This document shows, piece after piece, positions 1-9,084 of a stretch of 64,000 nucleotides of DNA. The DNA is from an uncultured Alphaproteobacteria bacterium (lineage in GTDB: Bacteria; Pseudomonadota; Alphaproteobacteria; Micavibrionales; Micavibrionaceae), in NCBI GenBank assembly GCA_963702155.1, contig OY969717.1, positions 657,563-721,562 of the forward strand, written 5' to 3'. The position numbers were made by a program, and so were the translations under genes. Every line of letters begins with the position of its first letter. The stretch's first letter is position 1. Below the pieces are notes generated by a model. The model was given only the letters and a program-made list of their open reading frames with translations, was not told where the DNA came from and did no database searches.

Positions 1-41
1 AAGCAGGGGGTTGCAGGTTCGAAGTCCTGCAGGGCGCACCA
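1..41 (+). tRNA. 3' end of a tRNA gene, truncated by the window edge
   Basis: T-arm-like hairpin GCAGG/CCTGC around TTCGAAGT, then a 7-nt acceptor strand AGGGCGC, discriminator A and encoded CCA. The T-loop reads as 8 nt, so it is atypical or carries an indel. Confidence 0.55.
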
Positions 42-468
42 TTTACTCTCAAAACAAATTTTAAGACGATAAAAAGGGCGGTATTTACCTTTGCTCATAA
101 CTGTAAGTCTAGTTTTTAAACAAAATACATCACATATAAAAAAAGGTCCGGAGACCTTTTAAAAAGATGCTCCGGACAAACGGCGGTAATAGAGGGTGTG
201 TGCTTATTGTTATATGCCATTTCTAAAACCGTTGCAACAAAAAAAATGGCTTTTTTTGTAAAAAAATTTCAAAACCGGAACGATCTAATAAAATAAAAAT
301 AAAGATCAATAAAAGGATTTTAAATATAATTATTCATAGAAATAAAAAAGTATAATGAGTAAATATATACACAAAAAATAAGTAATAAGAGATTTATTTT
401 ATTAAATATTACTAGAAATACAAAAAATATGATTTGTTTATACTTCAAAGGGAAGTAGAAGTTCTACC

Positions 469-1341
469 TCAAGAAGACTTTGCAATCTCGTAGGCAGACG
501 CTTTATGCCCCCATTCGCTCCATGAACCATCAAAAACCGAGATATTCTTATATTCTGCTTCATAAAAAGCCAGAAAAATAACACATGCGGTAATACCGCT
601 ACCACATGTCGCTATGATAGAATCCCCTTCATTGATACCAATATCTGAAATAATAGAATTCAAATTATCTTTTGATTTAAAAAATCCGGTATCAGATTGA
701 ATGAATATATCTGCTGGCACATTTATACTTTTTGGAATATGACCCGCACGCATATTTGCTCGTGGCTCTGGCACTTTACCTGAAAAACGGGCAGGGTTAC
801 GCGCATCTAAAATATGAAAACCATCCTTACCTATCGAATTTTCTACGTTTTTTATACCAATATAAAAGCTGGACTGAAAAACGGCGTTATATTTTTTTTG
901 TTGTATTGTGCTTTGAGCATCACTTGAAACAACAGGATATCCGGCCTTAACCCAAGCCGGCAAACCTCCATTAAGTATATAAACTTCCTCATGACCGAAT
1001 GTTTTAAACATCCACCAAGCCCGCGCAGCGCCCATTTTTATACCATCCTGACCATACACTATAACAGTATCTTCTCGCGAAATACCCTTAGCTCCGACAT
1101 AATAACTAAAATGGTCTGCGTCAGGTAAAGTATTTGGAAAAACCGAATTTGGATCCGAAGCAGCGCGAATATCAAAATAGCGCGCATCTTTTATATGTGC
1201 GTTTTGATAAACGGCAAATGCATCTTTCCCTTGATTGGGCAAAACAAAGCTTGCATCTAGGACAACAAACCGGCCTCTATTTAAAGAGCCAGAAGATAAC
1301 ATCGAATGAAGTTTCTGCGGTGATAATAAAACACTACGCAT
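469..1341 (-). CDS. sseA: 3-mercaptopyruvate/thiosulfate sulfurtransferase (tandem rhodanese domains)
   Basis: 290-aa ORF with two rhodanese-like halves. Active-site loop CGSGITAC matches the CG[ST]GVT motif of 3-MST. Confidence 0.85.
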   Translation of the reverse strand: MRSVLLSPQKLHSMLSSGSLNRGRFVVLDASFVLPNQGKDAFAVYQNAHIKDARYFDIRAASDPNSVFPNTLPDADHFSYYVGAKGISREDTVIVYGQDGIKMGAARAWWMFKTFGHEEVYILNGGLPAWVKAGYPVVSSDAQSTIQQKKYNAVFQSSFYIGIKNVENSIGKDGFHILDARNPARFSGKVPEPRANMRAGHIPKSINVPADIFIQSDTGFFKSKDNLNSIISDIGINEGDSIIATCGSGITACVIFLAFYEAEYKNISVFDGSWSEWGHKASAYEIAKSS

Positions 1342-1406
1342 TAAAAAGTCCTTATAATATATATAAAAATTCGAAGTAAAAGCGGTTTTTCACACTACTA
1401 TATCAG

Positions 1407-1440
1407 TAAAAAAAGCCTGAAACAAAGTCAGGCTTTTCTT
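1407..1440 (-). terminator. Rho-independent terminator downstream of the 1458..1949 gene
   Basis: Hairpin AGCCTGA/TCAGGCT (1414-1434), flanked by an A-run on plus, which is a T-run on minus. Confidence 0.6.
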
Positions 1441-1457
1441 GAAAAAATATTAAAAAA

Positions 1458-1949
1458 TTATGCGGCTATGTTATAAGCATCTTCACGATTAAATATATCT
1501 TTAACTCTATCTTTTTGCTCATCATTATTAGTATCAACAGCTATAAGAATAGATCCGTTTTTGATCTCGTCTTCATAAATTTTTGCTTCATGTTCTGGAA
1601 TGCCGGCACCAACCATTGCGCCAACTAATCCACCTGCTGCTGCACCAGCTCCAAGACCCGCCAAGGCAGAAACTATAGAGCCAACAACAACAATATTTAG
1701 ACCAGGAATAGTCATTGCAGTAGCGGTAGACAGAGCACCAATAATTGCACCTATAACACCGCCAACAGTCGCGCCTGTGGCCGCACCTTCTGGCATTTTA
1801 CTTTCTTCTTCAATATTAAAACTTTTCCCGCGCGTCTCATCAGTCATGATAATACTGATTTGCTCATCAGTAATTCCAATAGCTTCAAGCTGATTTAATG
1901 TGCTCTCTGCCGCTAATTTTGTTTTAAATGTAGCTGTAACGTTTGACAT
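1458..1949 (-). CDS. General-stress-type membrane protein with a glycine-zipper C-terminal half
   Basis: 163 aa. Gly/Ala-rich hydrophobic segment (GAATGATVGGVIGAIIGAL...GAGAAAGGLVGAMVGAG) typical of glycine-zipper stress proteins. Confidence 0.6.
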   Translation of the reverse strand: MSNVTATFKTKLAAESTLNQLEAIGITDEQISIIMTDETRGKSFNIEEESKMPEGAATGATVGGVIGAIIGALSTATAMTIPGLNIVVVGSIVSALAGLGAGAAAGGLVGAMVGAGIPEHEAKIYEDEIKNGSILIAVDTNNDEQKDRVKDIFNREDAYNIAA

Positions 1950-1987
1950 GTGATTTCCTTTTTAAGTGATTTAATTTATACACCACT

Positions 1988-2013
1988 AATGAAAAGAAAG
2001 GTCTATAAGTTCC
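1988..2013 (-). promoter_or_regulatory. Candidate ECF (EcfG-like) promoter, GGAAC-N17-CATT
   Basis: The minus strand reads GGAAC, 17 nt, then CATT, about 40 nt upstream of the 1949 start codon. Confidence 0.35.
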
Positions 2014-2174
2014 TTTTAATACTTTAACAATGCAAACATTATGGATGAATAAAACATAATTTGTAAAAAGTACTCGAAAAGGTCTTTTGGAGTTTTTAAT
2101 AGACATGGTTTACTCCATTATAAATGTTTATATACTTCAAAAAACCAAATCCGATTTAAAGGTTTCTCAAAAAT

Positions 2175-3407
2175 ATGAACATCTATTTTTTCAGTTTATT
2201 AATTATCGGCATTTCAGGGTTGGGAATGACGTGGATACCCGCATTGGCAAAAAAGATATGTATATCTTATTCTCTCGTATTTGTAGCTTTCGGCATGTTG
2301 ATTTACTTGGTTTTTCCGGATTTGAATTGGCCGGACCCTCTAAAAGATACAAAACTTACATTACATTTTACTGAAATAATTGTGATCATTGCGATCATGG
2401 GAACAGGGCTGAAAATTGACCGCGCGCTATCTTTTAAAAAATGGCGCGCCCCTTTGCAGCTTTTAACGATCACAATGTTTTTAAATATTACAGCCATAGC
2501 AGCTATTTCTCATTTTATGTTAGGGTTTGATATAGCATCATCTATTTTGTTAGGCGCTGTTTTATCGCCTACTGATCCCGTGCTTGCAGGTGATGTGCAG
2601 GTTGATGAACCCAACAAAGGCAAAAGCGATGACGTAAAGTTCTCACTTACTGCCGAAGCTGGCATGAATGATGGGCTGGCCTTTCCTTTTGTTTGGCTTG
2701 CTATATTAATTTTAGGAATATCTACAAATAATGATTGGGCCATCGAATGGTTAGGCTTTTACATTATTTATAAAATTATCTGCGGGATAATACTCGGTTT
2801 TATAGCCGGTAAAATTGTAACATATTTGTTTTTCAAACTTCCTGAAAAACATAATATGTTGCATGTACGTGATGGCCTCGTCGCTTTATCGGCAACCCTT
2901 TTTGTTTATGGCGCTACAGAACTTTTACATGGGTATGGGTTCATAGCCGTCTTTGTAACAGCCTTAACAATAAGAAACTACGAACAAGATCACGAATATC
3001 ATGCAAAACTGCACTCTTTCACAGATCAAATAGAACGTGTTTTGCTAGCCGTTCTTCTTATTATATTTGGAGCAATAGTATTAGATGGCGTTCTTGCACC
3101 TTTAACATGGCCTATGATTGGTTTATCCATAGCAGCAATTTTTTTAATCAGGCCAATTTTTGGCTATATTGGACTAATAGGAACCGCTGTAAAAGAAAGC
3201 CATAAGAAAGCTATCGGTTTTTTAGGCATACGTGGCGTAGGGTCCTTATTCTATCTTACATACGGATTGGAAAAAGGTAATTTTATGTATGCACCCGAAT
3301 TATGGGCTATAACGGCATTGACCATCCTAGCATCCATATTTATACACGGTATGAGTGCGCCTTTGATAGTAAGATATTTAAATGTAGATAAAGATAATAA
3401 TGTTTAA
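2175..3407 (+). CDS. Na+/H+ (cation:proton) antiporter, CPA1-like
   Basis: 410 aa, about 11-12 hydrophobic segments, with an SPTDPV motif typical of Na+/H+ exchanger family proteins. Confidence 0.8.
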   Translation: MNIYFFSLLIIGISGLGMTWIPALAKKICISYSLVFVAFGMLIYLVFPDLNWPDPLKDTKLTLHFTEIIVIIAIMGTGLKIDRALSFKKWRAPLQLLTITMFLNITAIAAISHFMLGFDIASSILLGAVLSPTDPVLAGDVQVDEPNKGKSDDVKFSLTAEAGMNDGLAFPFVWLAILILGISTNNDWAIEWLGFYIIYKIICGIILGFIAGKIVTYLFFKLPEKHNMLHVRDGLVALSATLFVYGATELLHGYGFIAVFVTALTIRNYEQDHEYHAKLHSFTDQIERVLLAVLLIIFGAIVLDGVLAPLTWPMIGLSIAAIFLIRPIFGYIGLIGTAVKESHKKAIGFLGIRGVGSLFYLTYGLEKGNFMYAPELWAITALTILASIFIHGMSAPLIVRYLNVDKDNNV

Positions 3408-3598
3408 AATTATACAAAACATTGAGCAAACACATTTGATATCGGGTTAAATTTGGCAAGGAACTTGCTCGCTACACGTACTTATTCTTTATCAATATCT
3501 TGCGGATCAAAAAAACCATGATCTTAAAACTGGGCTAAGCTATAAAGGCAGGTCAAATTATCATAGAAAATAGTTGATATAAGTTAAATTTAATTAAT

Positions 3599-3624
3599 GG
3601 AACATATCTTCAATTCAACTGTTT
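3599..3624 (+). promoter_or_regulatory. Candidate ECF (EcfG-like) promoter, GGAAC-N16-TGTT
   Basis: GGAAC at 3599-3603 and TGTT/GTTT at 3620-3624, about 35 nt upstream of the csbD start. Confidence 0.35.
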
Positions 3625-3657
3625 GTAGATAGCGATTAACAAAAAAGGAGCACTAAA

Positions 3658-3870
3658 ATGAACAAAGATATTTTTGAAGGTAATTGGAAACAGTTTAAAG
3701 GCGAAGTTCAAAAACAATGGGGCGATTTAACAGATGATCAATTTGATAAAATTGCAGGACAGCGCGATAAACTTATTGGTCAAATTCAGGAAAATAAAGG
3801 TATAGCAAAAGAAGAAGCTGAAAAGGAAGTAAATGAATTCGAAAGTCGCTATAATGTCGATAATTCGTAA
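3658..3870 (+). CDS. csbD: CsbD-family general stress protein
   Basis: 70 aa. GNWKQFKGEVQKQWGDLTDDQ...GQRDKLIGQIQE is the canonical CsbD repeat pattern. AAGGAG RBS upstream. Confidence 0.9.
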   Translation: MNKDIFEGNWKQFKGEVQKQWGDLTDDQFDKIAGQRDKLIGQIQENKGIAKEEAEKEVNEFESRYNVDNS

Positions 3871-3955
3871 TGTTTACAAAGTTATCAGTACTGGCTCAAC
3901 AATTGTAACTGCCTATCAAATTATAAAGCATAGAAAAAAAATAAAGGAAAAAATT

Positions 3956-4462
3956 ATGTCACAAGAAGAAATACAAAATATCGAAGATCTATTCAAGCAC
4001 TTGCTACAGGATATGTATTATGCCGAAAATAGAATAAAGAAACAGTTACCTAATATGGCAAAAAAGGCAACACGATCTGATTTGAAAAAAGGCTTTGAAG
4101 ATCATTTAGAAGAAACCAAAGACCAAATATCCAAACTGGAGAACGTATTTGAAATTCTTGGCTATGATAAAGAAAAAGAAAAATGCGAAGCCATTGAAGG
4201 CTTACTTAAAGAAGGTGAAGGCCTGATTAAAGAAACTAAAGAAGGTGCTGTTCGCGATGCTGCATTAATCGTTGCCGCACAAAAAGTCGAGCACTATGAG
4301 ATTGCTTCTTATGGTACCTTATGTGCAATGGCAAATGAACTAGACTACACTGAAGCATCTGGAATATTACATGAGATTCTAGAGCAGGAAAAGAAGACAA
4401 ATGAGAAGCTTACAAAGCTGTCATATAAAACCAATGAAGACGCTGAACAAAAAGCGGCTTAG
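3956..4462 (+). CDS. Ferritin-like DUF892 (YciE/YciF-type) stress protein
   Basis: An internal ATG at 3956 follows AAAGGAAAA. The LFKHLLQDMYYAENRI...LPNMAKKA N-terminus is typical of YciE/YciF. The track ORF starts earlier, at 3833. Confidence 0.8.
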   Translation: MSQEEIQNIEDLFKHLLQDMYYAENRIKKQLPNMAKKATRSDLKKGFEDHLEETKDQISKLENVFEILGYDKEKEKCEAIEGLLKEGEGLIKETKEGAVRDAALIVAAQKVEHYEIASYGTLCAMANELDYTEASGILHEILEQEKKTNEKLTKLSYKTNEDAEQKAA

Positions 4463-4484
4463 GTTTTTAAAATAATTAAAATAA

Positions 4485-4510
4485 GAGCGGGCTATTCAGC
4501 TCGCTTTTTT
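4485..4510 (+). terminator. Rho-independent terminator after the DUF892 gene
   Basis: GAGCG...CGCTC-type hairpin followed by TTTTTTT. Confidence 0.55.
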
Positions 4511-4584
4511 TATAGTGCCACTTTTAATTTTGTAAACATACCTAGGCTTCACGCGCAATATTCTCTAATCAGAAAAAAAATTAA

Positions 4585-4628
4585 ACTAAATGGCGGTGCA
4601 GAGCGTCCAAAAAATAAAAAAATCTCCA
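4585..4628. repeat. Left copy of a 44-bp imperfect direct repeat (partner at 10939..10982)
   Basis: ACTAAATGGCGGTGC(A/G)GAGCG...TCTCCA. 37 of 44 positions identical by eye, same orientation. Confidence 0.7.
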
Positions 4629-4746
4629 GATTACCGCCTTGAATTTAAACAACCTTTTGTAAACCGTTCCTTAGCATGTCCTGAATGACCCACTTTTTAG
4701 GATTTAAACTGTCTACTTAGGGGGCTTAAAAACTGCACCGTGTATA

Positions 4747-4998
4747 TTGAAAATATACACCATCGAAAATTTATGCAAGATGGATTATGATCTTGTCATG
4801 AGGCAAAGAATACACGGCGTTCAAGATCACCCAGAATATGAAACACTAAAGACCTATGACGGCGATGTTGCCGAAGGGCTTTACCGTGTCCGGCTGGACT
4901 ATCATGCTTGGGGCAAATCCACCAACCTGTTTTGTTATTTTACTGATCTCACAACTGATAGCCGCTTTCGTTTAAGTGTTTTTCATCGCGGAGGTTAG
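4747..4998 (+). CDS. Hypothetical protein, possibly a truncated relic
   Basis: 83-aa ORF with a non-ATG track start (first ATG is at MDYDL). It ends exactly where the duplicated MauE segment begins. Confidence 0.3.
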   Translation: MKIYTIENLCKMDYDLVMRQRIHGVQDHPEYETLKTYDGDVAEGLYRVRLDYHAWGKSTNLFCYFTDLTTDSRFRLSVFHRGG

Positions 4999-5303
4999 TG
5001 ATCGGCATGACGATAAAGATGTTTATTGCTATCAGCATGTGCGCTCTGGCTATTCAAAAGCTTCGCGATCTTTATGCGTTCTCAAACCAGTTTATCACTT
5101 ATGATCTGCTGGCCATGCGGTGGGTGCGCTATGCCTATATCTATCCATTTGTGGAAATGCTGGCCGGTGTTTGCATGATCGCAGGTGTATTCATTCCGAT
5201 AGCGGCTCCGGCGGCTTTGTTCATAGGAACCATTGGTGCAGTATCCGTGTTTAAAGCTGTGTATGTAGAGAAACGCGACATCAAATGCGCTTGTGTCGGA
5301 GGA
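4998..5303 (+). pseudogene. 5' fragment of a MauE/DoxX-family membrane protein gene (duplicate of 21922..22227)
   Basis: Collinear with 21922..22227: 6 mismatches in the first ~115 nt, then identical. Homology stops after CGGAGGA at 5303, and the ORF runs into unrelated sequence. Confidence 0.75.
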
Positions 5304-5870
5304 AATTATAAATCTCATCTTCACGAACAATAGTATCGTTACGTTCGCTGTTGATCTCATAATTAGCCATAAGGAAGTAACGCAAGAAACGTAAGGGCTT
5401 TTCTTTGTTTTTTTCAAGCGGACTGGTGATCTTTTTCCATTCATCTTTTAACTGGAAAAATTGCTTGGGTGAGACCTGTGTAAATAATAGATTTTTCAAA
5501 AGATCCATAGGGTTTAGGCCAACGCCGCGCTCGTTAATCGTTTCAAAGATTTTTAGTGCGCTACTTACATCCGTAGAGATTTGAATGAAAACTACATTAT
5601 TGGCTAGATGCCCCCAATACTTTTTCAGTATGGCTTCATCATCATAGTTATTGATCAGGAAGCGATAAATAACGTCATAGGCGTTCAATATATTCTCAAC
5701 AGACCCATAAACCTCAATACCAGAACTTTGAATGTTGGCGCGAACAACTTGCGGATCACCATTCGCTTGAACAATCTTTTCAATAACCTCGCCAGCATTT
5801 TCGTATCTTGGCTCCAGTTTAAGATTAGTTTTAATGTCGCCTTGTGCATCAGTATATACAGACGGTAAAT
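5304..5870 (-). pseudogene. DUF262 (GmrSD-type N-terminal domain) gene fragment
   Basis: The minus-strand frame contains ...FETINERGVGLNPMDLLKNLLF, a DUF262-type motif. The 3' end is cut at the 5303 junction. There is no start codon or DGQQR box upstream, and a further frame break lies near 5870. Confidence 0.55.
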
Positions 5871-6071
5871 CAGGATAGATACTTTTCCATTGCCATAAAG
5901 TCGCTTAGATGCTTCCTAAAAACTTCATTTTTTCCGTAATGAGGATTGTAAGATTTCGGCTGATAAATATTGAAGATGATTTTGGATTTTATGACAGAAA
6001 CACTTTCACGCTTGACATAAATTTCTTATTCATTAATTTGAGAGTATTAAATAAATAGTATAGGATTTTTC

Positions 6072-6809
6072 ATGACTAAGCTCGCAAAAAGCTTGATCAG
6101 GATTGTTGTAGTATCTTCATTAAGTATTATTCTTCTTTATATTCTAGGGGGCTATTTCAGCCATTTAAGGAAAAAGGATCAGGAGATAAATACAAAAGCT
6201 TCAGAGGTTGATGAATATAACTTAGGTGATGAAACAATATTTATTCCTTCTATATATTTCCACAAAATAACAGACATTATGAGTAGACCTAGTGGAAATA
6301 TTGCTGCCTATTCTCCAGGAAACATTCCAGTTTTGCTAAGCGAAAAACAAATAAAGAAATTCAATGTAAATGATAAAGTAATAAAAATTGAATTTTTCGA
6401 CGTCAGCACATCTGAGGAAGTCAACCTTTCTAAAGGCTTGGAAGCAACAAAAAAAGTTTTTGCCTTAAACAAAGCTGCTGGTTTTCAATACGACCTGGAA
6501 TACTTTGTTCATTCTGATGGGAGAGATGTTTACAAAGGTTTATGGGTTGATAATGAAGATCAAGTCGACGCCTCTTATATATTATGCCAGCAAGATAAAA
6601 AGACCGTAACAACATGTGATCACGTGTTTAGAAATAATCAATTTAGCTTTGTTCTAAGATATGACAAGAAACTGCTTAGCGATTGGAAAAATATCAAAAC
6701 CAATATTTCGAATTTATTTGAGTCCTTTAACAATCGTAATGTTGCTAAAAATCATATTATTGAGAGTTTAGAAAAAGAAAAAGAAATACAATTTGGAGTA
6801 ATAGAATGA
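6072..6809 (+). CDS. Hypothetical N-terminally membrane-anchored protein
   Basis: 245-aa ORF in an AT-rich segment with one N-terminal hydrophobic helix. No recognisable motif. Confidence 0.5.
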   Translation: MTKLAKSLIRIVVVSSLSIILLYILGGYFSHLRKKDQEINTKASEVDEYNLGDETIFIPSIYFHKITDIMSRPSGNIAAYSPGNIPVLLSEKQIKKFNVNDKVIKIEFFDVSTSEEVNLSKGLEATKKVFALNKAAGFQYDLEYFVHSDGRDVYKGLWVDNEDQVDASYILCQQDKKTVTTCDHVFRNNQFSFVLRYDKKLLSDWKNIKTNISNLFESFNNRNVAKNHIIESLEKEKEIQFGVIE

Positions 6810-7107
6810 GGATTATCAGATTTTGAATTCCTCGATCATCAGATGTTTACAAACAAATTTTCTCTGCTATGTTAACTGCATGCGAAAAGATCATGTATGA
6901 AGTAAAGTATGATAATAAATAAAAAACCTGCTTTTATAGTTTTGACGTTGACTGTTTTAGTTTACCTCACTTCTATTGATAAAGCTTATGCTTGCCTTAC
7001 AGTCAATGACCCTGTGGAAGTTGCATTTAAAGAAAGCGATGTTGTTTTTTCTGGTAAGCTCGTAGGGTGCGAGTCTAAAAGAAAATAAAAATTTTCTTAA
7101 GTATGAA

Positions 7108-7428
7108 GTGCATCAAATTTGGAAAGGAAATATACAACGAGAGTATCTAAAACCTATTAAAGCATCATGTAATAGTCGGATAGTAAATTATAATTTAGTG
7201 GAAAGCCGAAACCAAAAAATAATTACATATGCTGATCATACCAACGAAAATTTTTATCTAAAAAAATACCACAAAGGAAACTGTGGCGGAAGAACGACTT
7301 TAATTCCTTCGTTTTGGCAAAAAGTATATTATAAGGCCTATTATTTCATAAAAGGGCAACACCATATACCATTCGCTTTTGAGGAAGATTACGAATTATT
7401 AGGCGAACCTAAGCATACCTTTAAGTAG
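7108..7428 (+). CDS. Hypothetical protein, possibly the 3' part of a broken gene that starts at 6908
   Basis: 106-aa ORF. A 59-codon signal-peptide-like ORF (6908..7087) lies just upstream in another frame. Confidence 0.3.
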   Translation: MHQIWKGNIQREYLKPIKASCNSRIVNYNLVESRNQKIITYADHTNENFYLKKYHKGNCGGRTTLIPSFWQKVYYKAYYFIKGQHHIPFAFEEDYELLGEPKHTFK

Positions 7429-7752
7429 AAAGTAAAATACAGATGAGTAATTTAAATTATACAGATGTAATAAATACATCTTCAGTATCTAATTCTGAAA
7501 CAAAAACAAAAATTGAATCCGTGCTAGATCAAATTGATGATACGAATGAGGGGCAGGTTTTACTCCAAAATATACTGCAAGGTGAGATGTATGATATTTT
7601 TGATTTGTAGCTATGTTCTAAATTTATTATTTTTTCGTTTTTGGTCATAATTGATCTCTTTCTCTAATATTTAGAGTAAAACTCAATTTATAGAAATTTT
7701 CTAGAAAAGGTTGTTGTTATAGCCCCCTAGGTCAATTAAGAATTGTTATATA

Positions 7753-8580
7753 TCAAGACGTTGAGCGTTCCTTAAATTCAGGAATCCAACTAGTTTCAAT
7801 TGTTGAGATGGAAATGTTTACTTTCTCTTTTTTCAAAAAATCATGGATTTCAGAAGCCGCAGAGGTATTTTTATATTTATACAGCTTTCGAAGACTATAA
7901 ATTTCCTCAGCACGAGTTTTATGAGCATTCGTCTTCTCAGCATTTTTATTGCCGCCTTTTGAGCCATGTACGGCACTGTAAGATGGCCCTTTAATATATT
8001 GGTACATGCTACTATGTATTTTTGAGAGTGAATCTATCTCGCATTGCTCGTAAGAGTAGAGTGCAAGTTCAACCGCATAAAAAGTAGCAATTGCATACAG
8101 CTCTTTTTCGGATCTTGTTTTCCCTGCTAATTTTAGTGAAAATGGATTTCTTTCTAATTCTTCATTATTTATATACGTATCATCGACAAGGGTTCCTATA
8201 TATTTATTTGAGTCTTGAGGTCTCTCGTCAATGATCTTCTTAAATCGTGAAATCATAATAATTTTATGCGCGTTCATCATAAATTGACCTCTCAACTCTA
8301 AATTAGTTTTGTAAAAATTATCCACCTCATCAATCTCATTGAGCTGATGCACTTCACACATTAAGGCCAAGAAAGCACGCACAGATGCATGCATCATTTC
8401 AGTGCGTTTAATTTTTAAATTTTTAGGTAACTCAACGTGTTTTGAGATGTCGTCTTTCCAAAAATACTTATAAGCATCGCTTAAATATATGGATAAACCT
8501 GTTTTTTCTAAAATTTGTGGGCTTACGAACAAATATTTTAATGTTGACGTATTTGTATATTTTTCATTTTCAAGAGACAT
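7753..8580 (-). CDS. Hypothetical protein, divergent from the DUF2924/recombinase pair
   Basis: 275-aa ORF, AT-rich. The C-terminal segment (SEIHDFLKKEKVNISISTIETSW) looks HTH-like. Confidence 0.5.
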   Translation of the reverse strand: MSLENEKYTNTSTLKYLFVSPQILEKTGLSIYLSDAYKYFWKDDISKHVELPKNLKIKRTEMMHASVRAFLALMCEVHQLNEIDEVDNFYKTNLELRGQFMMNAHKIIMISRFKKIIDERPQDSNKYIGTLVDDTYINNEELERNPFSLKLAGKTRSEKELYAIATFYAVELALYSYEQCEIDSLSKIHSSMYQYIKGPSYSAVHGSKGGNKNAEKTNAHKTRAEEIYSLRKLYKYKNTSAASEIHDFLKKEKVNISISTIETSWIPEFKERSTS

Positions 8581-8673
8581 AATTTTTTAAATAACCTTCT
8601 TCAGATGTTACTCGACTTCTTATGCTTTGTACGCATGTATGGACACTACCATGTAAGAAATAAGGAGTTGAAA

Positions 8674-9084
8674 ATGAAACATAAGAAAGAAATTAATCTG
8701 GCTGATTTGCGTGCACAATGGCAGCAAGCTTGGCAGATGAAGCCTCATAACCGTATCGGACGTAAAATGTTAGAGCGCAGCCTATATTTCAAACGGCACG
8801 AAAAACCATTGCCGCTGCAATCGCAAAAACGTCTTAGTAAGCTTATTCAAAATTATAAACGTAACCCACAATACTTTTCGCAAGGGCATTTGGTTTTAAA
8901 GCCAGGAATGAAAATCCTACGAGATTGGAAAGGCAAAACGCATACCGTAACGGTAACATCAAATGGGTTTAGATATGATGCCAAAAACTATACGAGCCTA
9001 TCTAAGATTGCATCGGAGGTAACCGGATCAAAATGGAATGGCTGGGTGTTCTTCGATCTTAAAGACAAGAAGGGAGCATCATGA
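8674..9084 (+). CDS. DUF2924-family protein (serine-recombinase accessory)
   Basis: ATG at 8674 follows AAGGAG. The motifs LKPGMKILRDWKGKTHTVTV..GFRYDAKNYTSLSKIASEVTGSKWNGWVFF match the DUF2924 pattern. There is a 4-nt overlap with the recombinase gene. Confidence 0.75.
   Translation: MKHKKEINLADLRAQWQQAWQMKPHNRIGRKMLERSLYFKRHEKPLPLQSQKRLSKLIQNYKRNPQYFSQGHLVLKPGMKILRDWKGKTHTVTVTSNGFRYDAKNYTSLSKIASEVTGSKWNGWVFFDLKDKKGAS

Noticed and set aside
4585-4605. A tRNA or tmRNA 3' end on the minus strand (…GCACCGCCA)
   Set aside because: No T-arm (GTTCGA/A-type loop) or other tRNA elements are adjacent, so it is treated only as part of a 44-bp repeat.
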